DNA from: Amoebophrya sp. A120
Taxonomy: Eukaryota > Protista > Dinoflagellata
Assembly: GCA_905178155.1 (NCBI GenBank)
Contig: CAJINV010000037.1
Location: 6,864 to 27,326, forward strand
DNA length: 20,463 nt
Direction: 5' to 3'
Notes under the pieces: generated by a model
Databases searched by the model: none
The model's input: only the letters and a program-made list of their open reading frames with translations
Told to the model about the DNA's origin: nothing
Part shown: piece by piece, positions 10,801 to 19,800 of the stretch
Layout of the letters: every line of letters begins with the position of its first letter
Position numbering within the stretch: the stretch's first letter is position 1
Made by a program: the position numbers and the translations under genes

Positions 10801-13800
10801 ATGAAGGCGCGGCTGTTGTCGCGTTCGAGGCGTTTGTTGTGTTCCCGAAATCAAAATCGTCATCATCGACCAGTCCTGTTCTGGAATCACTGCTGACGTT
10901 GTGACACACGGTGTAGTTGCTGCCATTCGTCTCGTTGGTCCCGTTGAAAAAGGTACAGTTGTGTGTTGGGGAAGAACTCGCATCAGAAACACCGTCGCCC
11001 GCAGCTGTGTCGTTGGTCGCATTCGCAACTCCAGCGTCGTCTGTTGCTGACGCGTTGGAAGTTGCGTTTGTGGCGTTCGAGCCACTAGCTGTTTCTGATA
11101 TGGAGAGAAAAAAGCTTGTCACAGGCACTACCTTGCAGGTTTTGCATCAGAGCTTTTCTTTGTATTGCATGAGCACTAGGGAAATCCCTTATGAAGTTTG
11201 GCTGTGATGCATTTTTACGCATGACAGAAAATTTTGCATTGCAAAAATGCGCATGAGTAATCGTGACGAACTTTTTTTGTTTGATACCTGAGACTGCAAC
11301 TCCACCACTGGCATTTGAGGCGTTGGTAAAATTGTTCGCAGTCGAAGATACACCTCCGGCGCCACCAGGATATGCTGTGCAAAAGTATCGCATTCGTACT
11401 TCTAATTGCAAATATGCATGACAAATCTTCCTCCTAAGGTACAACAGCATTACAAAGTCCTCTTTTCTTCTTACGAAAATTTGTAATGCAATTTATACTA
11501 GTACCCTACTTTTGCAATGCATACAGGACCTGTAGCGGAAGCTGTAGCTGTGGCACTGAGGTCTCTGTCCACACAAGTTTCTACGTCAAATTGCGGATCG
11601 GCGTAAGGATCGTAGAAGGGGTCCCTCGCGCTTGCCGAAGGATATGATATTAAGAGGAAAGATCCCCCCTCCCCATATCGATAAGGTATGCTTCCGGAAA
11701 TTTGTGTTGCTGATTTGCGACCTCAAATCACGTCTGTCTTGCAAGAAGGCAATCCGACAAGCTACGCAGCATTGCGCAGGCGGTTTGTGATGCTGATGGG
11801 CCTACAGAAAGGACGTTTCTCATGCTAGACGCCTAGGCCAGAGCCTCTCTACTTAGGCTTAGTATGGGGCTGCATTCCTCTCTAGCAAGACAGATCTTAT
11901 TTGTGTACGCAAATCCTGCATCAGAAACTTCGTTTTGATATGGGGAGGGGGGATTTTTCCTGTTGATATATGAAACGCGATGTTTTCTTGTCAGCGCCGG
12001 TTTGCAATACGTCCCCTCTTCACACCCCTTGCTTCCCCCGGGGTCCCCCCTGGCATATCTCCAGGCCTTCTCCGGGTTCCCCACGATCCCCCCCCTGTTT
12101 TCCTCCGGTTTTCCTTTTTGGTTGGGTGGATACTAAGACTAAACTACTTCCGACGAAACAGCAGTCAGCTCGATGCCGGTCCCGGTTCCTCGCAAGCGTA
12201 TATTTTTGCTTTAGCACAACCACGGGGATCGTGGTTGTGCGATAAGTCAAAAAATTGCACCAGAACTCCTGAAACAGGCTCTGTTTCAGAGCCTTTCATG
12301 CTGGTACTTGCGAAAGCAGAGGCGACAAAAACACCTTGAAGAGAGACCAGATCCCAGCCGAGGCAAAACAGCAGTCAGCCCGTTGCCGGTTCCTCGCAAG
12401 CTTAAACTTTGCTTTGGCACAACCCCGGGCCAATCAATCAAAAATACCTAGAAGGCAGACCAGGTTCCAGCTGAGGCAAAACAGCACTCAGCCCGTTGCC
12501 GGTTCCTCGCAAGCCTAAATTTTGCTGTAGCACAACCACGGGCCCGCCAAAAGCACCTAGAAGGCAGACCAGATCCCAGCTGAGGCAAAACAGCAGTCAG
12601 CTCGTTGCCGGTTCCTCGCAAGCTTAAGCTTTGCTTTAGCACAGCCGTTAAGGATCGGCGTAAGGATCGTAGAAGGGGTCCCTCGCGCTTGCCGAAGAAT
12701 ATGATATCCTGAGTAAAAGCGTCCCCACACCAGAGTCAAGATGGGGACTTTGCAACACAAACCTAGGAGTTTTGGGAGTCACGCATGACAAGTTTCAGTC
12801 CGTAAGGTAGTGCAAGTTAGCAAGGAAAGCCGCATCACACATCGATCTGCTAATCCTGTTTACAGCATTACAAGTTCCCAAACACAATTGGAACTGCCTG
12901 TCATGGGGTTGCGCATCACAAATGTTCCTGTCATGGCAAATCTGCATGACAACTCTGGTGTGGGTACGTTTTTACTCAGGATATATGAAACGCGATGTTT
13001 TCTTGTCTTCAGCTCCGGTTTGCAATGCGACCTTTCTCTAGTTTCCCCCCTGCCTGTCTTCTGCAGCGTTTTTTTTCGCGATTTGTGATCCGCGGACGAC
13101 CTAATTCCTGTTTTTGTGCAAAATCTGCTTCCAAAGAAAGACCGGCAAAAGCGCCATCGTATCTCTAGAAACAGCTCCTGTTTGTCACCCGTATGATGCA
13201 GGAGCTACAACACCTGAAAAACATAAAACAACACCCGCGGGCGGCGGCATGCTCATTTTCTTTGTGTGGGTAAACCACCAGGAAAAAGCAGCATCCACGA
13301 GAAGTCTTTTTTGCTATCAGGTGGGGGAACCGCTCTGGGAAGAAAAGCTGTCTGTCTTCTGCAGGGCTTTTTTTGCGATTTGTGATCCGCGGACGACCTA
13401 ACTCCTGTTTTTTGTGCAAAATCTGCTTTCAAAGAAAGCCCGGCAAAAGCCCCATCTTATCTCTAGAAACAGCTCCTATTTGTCACCCGTAAGATGCTGG
13501 AGCTACAACACCTGAAAAACCTAAAACGACACCCGCGGACGGTGGCATACTCATTTTCCTGGTGTGGGTAAACAACCAGGAAAAGGCAACATCCACAGAG
13601 TGTCTTTTTTGCTATCAGGGGGGGAACCGCCCTGGGAAGAAAAGCTGTCTGTCTTCTGCAGGGTTTTTCTTTGCGATTTTTGATCCGCGGACGACCTAAT
13701 TCTTGTTTTTGTGCAAAATCTGCTTCCAAAGAAAGCCCGGCAAAAGCACCGTCGCATCTCTAGAAACAGCTCCTACTTGTCACCCGTAAGATGCAGGACT

Positions 13801-16800
13801 GACAACACATAGAAAACCTAAAACGACACCCGCGGACGGTGGCGCGATCATTTTCCTGGTGTGGGTAAACCACCCAGAAAAAGCAACATCCACAGGAAGT
13901 CTTTTTTGCTATCAGGGGGGGAACCGCTCTGGGAAGAAAAGCTGTCTGTCTTCCGCAGGGCTTTTTTGGCGATTTGTGATCCGCGGACGACCTAACTCCT
14001 GTTTTTTGTGCAAAATCTGCTTTCAAAGAAAGCCCGGCAAAAGCCCCATCGTATCTCTAGAAACAGCTCCTAATTGTCACCCGTAAGATGCAGGAAAAAC
14101 AACACATAAAAAACCTAAAACGACAACCGCGGACGGTGGCAAGATCATTTTCCTGGTGTGGGTAAACCACCCAGAAAAAGCAACATCCACAGGAAGTCTT
14201 TTTTGCTATCAGGGGGGGAACCGCTCTGGGAAGAAAAGCTGTCTGTCTTCCGCAGGGCTTTTCTGGCGATTTGTGATCCGCGGACGACCTAACTCCTGTC
14301 GCTAAGTTCCAACTCGCGCGTGTAAATGCTGTAATCGAAACCCAATTGTTCTCCAATGCACGTGCTGCACTTTCAATTCTGTCCTGCAAAGGAAACCACA
14401 TGACAAACTGGCAGCGACAGAAAAAACTACTTCACGCCCCTCGCCATAACACCACCTCCCCGTGCGCCGGCACTCTGCAGACCGGGTACCGCTCTCTGAC
14501 CGTCGGTTGCCAAAGGCAGCCGTTCAAATTTTGGCTCGGCCACGATTTCAAGCAGCAATCGTAGTACCGATTCAGGTGGCAGATGTTATCGGAATAGCAA
14601 CTCTTGCTCTCGATCGGGCAGTTGGCGAATTCCGGCGTCAAGTAGTTCGTATCGATCAACACAGTCGTGTTGGTTGTGTTGCTGAAGTTGTAGCACAATC
14701 TCGGCTGAATTTGCGTCTCGATCACGTTGTGCTCAGACTGTTCAAGCCTGCTGGAAAGCGTCGGAATTTCCTCTGGATTTGTATTGCTAGCTCCGGTGCT
14801 AGTACCTCCAAACACGTGCCTTGCCAAATCGCTTCTGGTCAAGATCAGCTCTGGCTCGATTGTCACGTTGCCATTGGTCACACTCCTGTCCGCGAAGAAA
14901 AACCTTTGTAGCAAACGGCTCCGCTCGTGCGAATTTGCCGGGAACAGGTAGTCGAAAACCCCGGTGAGGACTTTCATTTCCTCGGAAACAATTTGCTGTG
15001 CCTGATTTTGCTGGCTGCCTGATGGTCCTCCACCTGGCCCACCAGAACCTGATGCAGAAGAGCTGCCCGATGATGTTGACCCTAGAGCATCCACGCAGTG
15101 CTGATTCAACATAGTCTGTTCCTGTTCCGTTAAAGCCGAAACCGTCCTCGTACTTCCATCCGCCTCCACAACTTGCTGCGTCTGCAAAACCTTCACGGCA
15201 ATCGTCTGCACCTGGGAGTTGGACGTCGGCGCTCCTGTTCCTGCAGTCATTCCGAACAAAACGTTATCCAGCCCCAGCAACCTTGCGATCGTTTGCTTTG
15301 CGAAGGTTAAATTCTCCGCGAGAGTCAAGCGGACCACATTGCACATGAACTGTTTCACCTCATCGTTCACATCGAGATCTGTCATGTTGAACAGCTCAGT
15401 CGTCACCGAAGCCGATTGTGAGAACACAGAATCCCCCCCGTAAAAGTCTTTCAATTCCGGTAGTCTCTGTTCCAGAAACTGCAAGAACCCTCTCGCCTGC
15501 CTGCAACGCGGGATGTCCAAGTCGTTCAGAAACATCGTCACGCGGCGCAGCATCGCATGGTCGTTTACGTTTTCGAAGATCAGCATCTGGTCCGTTAAAT
15601 CGTCCCTGTAGCAGGTCTCCATGACGGGCAGGTACCTGCTGTTCAACACTGCATCGGTGGATAATAATTGCAGCGCGTCGGCGTTCACCATGTTGAAGTC
15701 CGTATCAATCGAGCAGTTCCCCGTCGCGTTCGGTTTCAACGCTGCGCCAGTCGGCCCCTCTAATGCGTAGAAGGCGTTGAGACCTTTTTTTAGAAGTTTA
15801 TCGTAGGTTTGGGATGCTACGGTGCAGGAACTGAACCCTCGGGCGATGTTATCCTTCCAACATTTGATCCCACACTGCTATGAATTGCAAAAGTATCGTA
15901 CTAGTACAAATTGCAATACAAATTATCTCAGCATTACAAATTGAATTTGTCATGGGGATTTACTTTGCGAAAAAGACTTGTAATGCATAGCTGCAATTCG
16001 TACGAGTACGATACTTTTGCACAGGATAACTGCAAAGGGCCACGGATCTTCACTTTGTTGACGAGTGCGAGGTCGTGGTTGTTTTCCAGCCCAGTTGACC
16101 ATCAACTGTAAAAATGTCTGGGTCTGGAAGATTCTGACACTTGTCATGCACGTTTTGCATGAGCCCTGATGCCTGTGATGCATGCCCTAGCATCACAGAT
16201 TTTTTGAGAGCTCCTTGATGCCGATTCCGCATGACAAATGCCCTCTCCGCGTAGCAAAAATTACATTCCCCGTGGTACTCATGCAATACAGATTTTTCTG
16301 GAATCCAAATGCAGCATCACAAGTTGCATTCTTCCAGACCCAGACACTTTTACATTTGATATTGACACAAACCTCGGATCCTCTCGCCAGACTCTGTCGT
16401 CCCCGAAAGTGGACAATTCTCCATTGTTGTCCAAATGCCCACTTTATCCTGTGCAAAAGTATCGCACTCGTATAAATGCATTACAAATTTCCTCAGCATG
16501 AGAAATACAATCTGTAATGCGGATTCAGCTTTAGAAAAAGATTTGTAATGCATGTTTGCGATAATTACTACGAGTACGATACTTTTGCAGTTCATACACT
16601 TGCGTACGTCCAGCAGACCGTCTGGTTCAAATTTTCCAGGGAATTTTTACACTCCGGAATCCCAAACATTACCTCGAAGGACTGTGGGCACAGTTTCGTG
16701 TTGTCGTGCTTGTATTCGTAGCTGTCGATGTAATTCGTCGCGTTGTCCGCGGCGACTTTTCCCGTGCAGACCGAGAACTTGACTAAGTTCGACACGATCA

Positions 16801-19800
16801 CGGAAAACTCGTCGTATTTTGGGTCTGCTTCGTCAATGCACGGGTTGGTGTCCACCCCATTAGCGGATACTGCTAGAGAGGAGTCGGGGAGCCGCTCGAC
16901 GTAGAGCGCTACTGCTGTCAAGGAGTCAACCTCGGCGTCGAGATTCATGATCTGCAGCTGGTCGATGGTTGCATTCAGACTAGTCCGCTGCTGGAGCAGT
17001 AGACTTATCTGCATTTCCACCGTCTCGTTGACAAAATGACTGTCGTTGAAGATCCGCAACTCTGCCGTGGAGTTCAGTTCCTTCGGACAGTGGTCAAAGC
17101 CAGAAGTCGTCCACCTGTGGTACCTATGCATGGCAAAGATGTCTGGGTGGTCTGAAAGAACAAGAACTTGCGATGCTAGTATGTGGATGGTTAGCAACAT
17201 CCTCTTTTGAGTCACGCATGCGAAGTCTTTGTGCTACTACACCAGGTCCTCCGTAACCCGCATGACATCAAATTGCTTTTTTTCATGACAACCAAATGCA
17301 AATGGAACTTCATCCCCAGCAAATGCATGACAGGTCTGTTTGTCTTGTCAGCGAACCATGACAAATCTTGTTCACGACCCAGACATCATATTCTTGTAGT
17401 GGATAGAATTTCTTATCCAGCAATTTGTCCCGCAGCTGGTACCTATCAAATGTAAAAATGTCTGGGTCTGGAAGAATGCCAGACTTGTCATGCATATTTT
17501 GCATGACTCAGGATGTCTGTAATGCATGATCTAGCATCACACATTTCTAGAGGCTTTCCTGATGCCTATCCCGCATGACAAATGCCCTCCCCGCGTAGCA
17601 CAAACTGGGCGCCTCTTGCTGGTCATGCAATACAGATTTTTTTAGAGTCCAAAGCTAGCATCACAAGTTGCATTCTTCCAGACCCAGACATTTTTACATC
17701 TGATAGTACCTGCAGCCAGACAACTGCACTATCAACTGCAAAAATGTCTGGGTTTGGAAGAGTCGGGGCTTGTCATGCACATATTGCATGATCCGTCAGG
17801 TCTGTGATGCTGGTTCTAGCATCACAGATTTTTTATTGAAAGCTTTTGATGCTAATTACGCATGAGAAATGCCCTCTCTGCGTGCCATGAGCTGACTCCT
17901 CCTGCTGCTCATGCAACACAGACATTTTTGGAATCCGTAGACAGCATTACAAGTTCCACTCTTCCAGACCCAGACATTTTTGCAATGCATATGCACGGTT
18001 GGAAAACACTTCCGACAGCAATCCTGATTCCGGTGCGTCGCGCACAGCTCGTCGCAGTAACAAGGCTGCACCTTCCGATTGCAGTCATACGTCGCGTAGA
18101 AGTGGATTTCGTTCGTCGCCGGACTCGTTCCGTTCACATCCGTTTCCGGGAACGCGTAGCAAAAGCCTCGGTACTTCCAGAACGATTCGCTGATATCTAA
18201 CAGATTCGACTCCCCGCGATCCTTCGCTTCCTCCCTCGCTTTGAAGAGGTTCGCAACCTCTGATCCCAGTTTCTCGTGAAGATATGCGAGGGTGAGATTT
18301 CTCAAATTCATTTCGCTGGATGAAGTGATACTCGAATCCCCGTGCAGGTCTGCGTAGGTGTGCAGCCAAATTTCTGCCGCGGAAGTCGCATTGGCAACAG
18401 TGCTGTTCTCATCAAAATTAGAAACACTAACTGCCAAATCATTCGCAAGTACATCCGCTTCGATAAGCCTTCCCCGCCACTCCATCTCCGGGCAAGGTTC
18501 AAACCCGTCGGCGATTTCCGTTTGGAGACTTTCTGTAGTGTTTTCGATCCCTTTTTTGAAGACGATTTGCGCTATTTGGAAGTCGTGGTGCAATCCCTCC
18601 ACTTCTCGAATAATTTTCTTATCTTCCCAGCAAATCGTTTCCGGAATCACTTCTGTCACGGTGGCTGTCACGTTACTTGTGACGTTGATCGGCATCTCGT
18701 AGAAAATCTGCACGGAGGCATTCACTTCTTGCTCCGTGCTGTAGGGCGAGATCGTTCCGTTTTGATCCAAACGGAACTCCAGCAATCGCTCCAGCAACAC
18801 CTGTCTCGCGGTGTGGTTGGTGAAGTTCCGGTTTTCTTCTACTGTCTGCTCCATCGTTGTTGTCGTGATTCTGGTGATTTTCGTGGTTTCATTACAGGCC
18901 TTGTGCCCCCTGGTGACGTTGTTCTTCCAGCAGTTCTCCGTATCCAAGGCCCACTGACACTGCGGCGGCGACCGCAGGACGAAGGAACCGTGGATTTTGC
19001 TGACGGAAGATGCAGGTGTTGGACTGTAGACGGCCGGGCCGAGGGTGATCGTTGTCTCTGTCGTTTCTGAAGTGGAATCTTCTGCGACAGCGGTCGAAGC
19101 TGCAATCATCGGCTGATACATGCTGGTCAACGCGATCGGGGTGGTGCTGTCGTCGAAAACTTGGATAGAGCCGTCGCTGCCTACTGCTACTGTTCCGCCC
19201 GCTACCGCCGATGCAGTGTCATCGATGTTGTAAAACGCTTGCAAGCTGCGTCGCAGCTGCCGGGCAGCACTTTTTGAAGCAGGAGCGCTAGAAGAACTAC
19301 CAGATGCAGCTTGCTGCCCACCAGCAGAAGCAGAACCGCCTGTCGTTCCATTGGTCGCGTTTTCATCAGCAAACTCTGTTCCTCCAGTTTGGCTCAAGTT
19401 CACCAACATTTCGAAAACCTGGTCGGTGGAGAAAACCTGCGACTGCACTGCGTTCCCTTCCGTCTCCTCGACATACATTTCGTTCATGCACACGCGGTAT
19501 CAATTGCAAATATATCTGGGTCTGGCAGGTTCTGGCACTTGTCATGCACGATTTGCATGAGCCATGATGTGTGCGATGCATGCCGTAGCATCACAGATGT
19601 TTTGAACGGCTCTTGATGCCTATTCCGCATGACAAATGCCCTCTCCGCGTAGCAAAAAGACATTCCCTTTGCTGCTCATGCAATACAAATTTTTTTGGAA
19701 TCTAAATGCAGCATCAAAAGTTGCATTTGTCTGCACCCAGACATATTTGCAGTTGATACTCGGCCCAACTCCGCACACTGCCCGTTCATCGCCGTCTCCG

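Noticed and set aside
13114-14401. Repeated 68-114-aa ORFs
   Set aside because: They are translations of the ~297-bp tandem repeat, with indels between copies and no consistent frame.
15879-17991. CRISPR-like or integron-like array of repeats with short unique spacers
   Set aside because: The unique segments are in-frame exons of one protein, and the repeats are 150-280-bp TIR elements with target-type duplications.
18342-19070. 242-aa plus-strand ORF (and 14462..14911)
   Set aside because: Antisense shadows of the large minus-strand exons.
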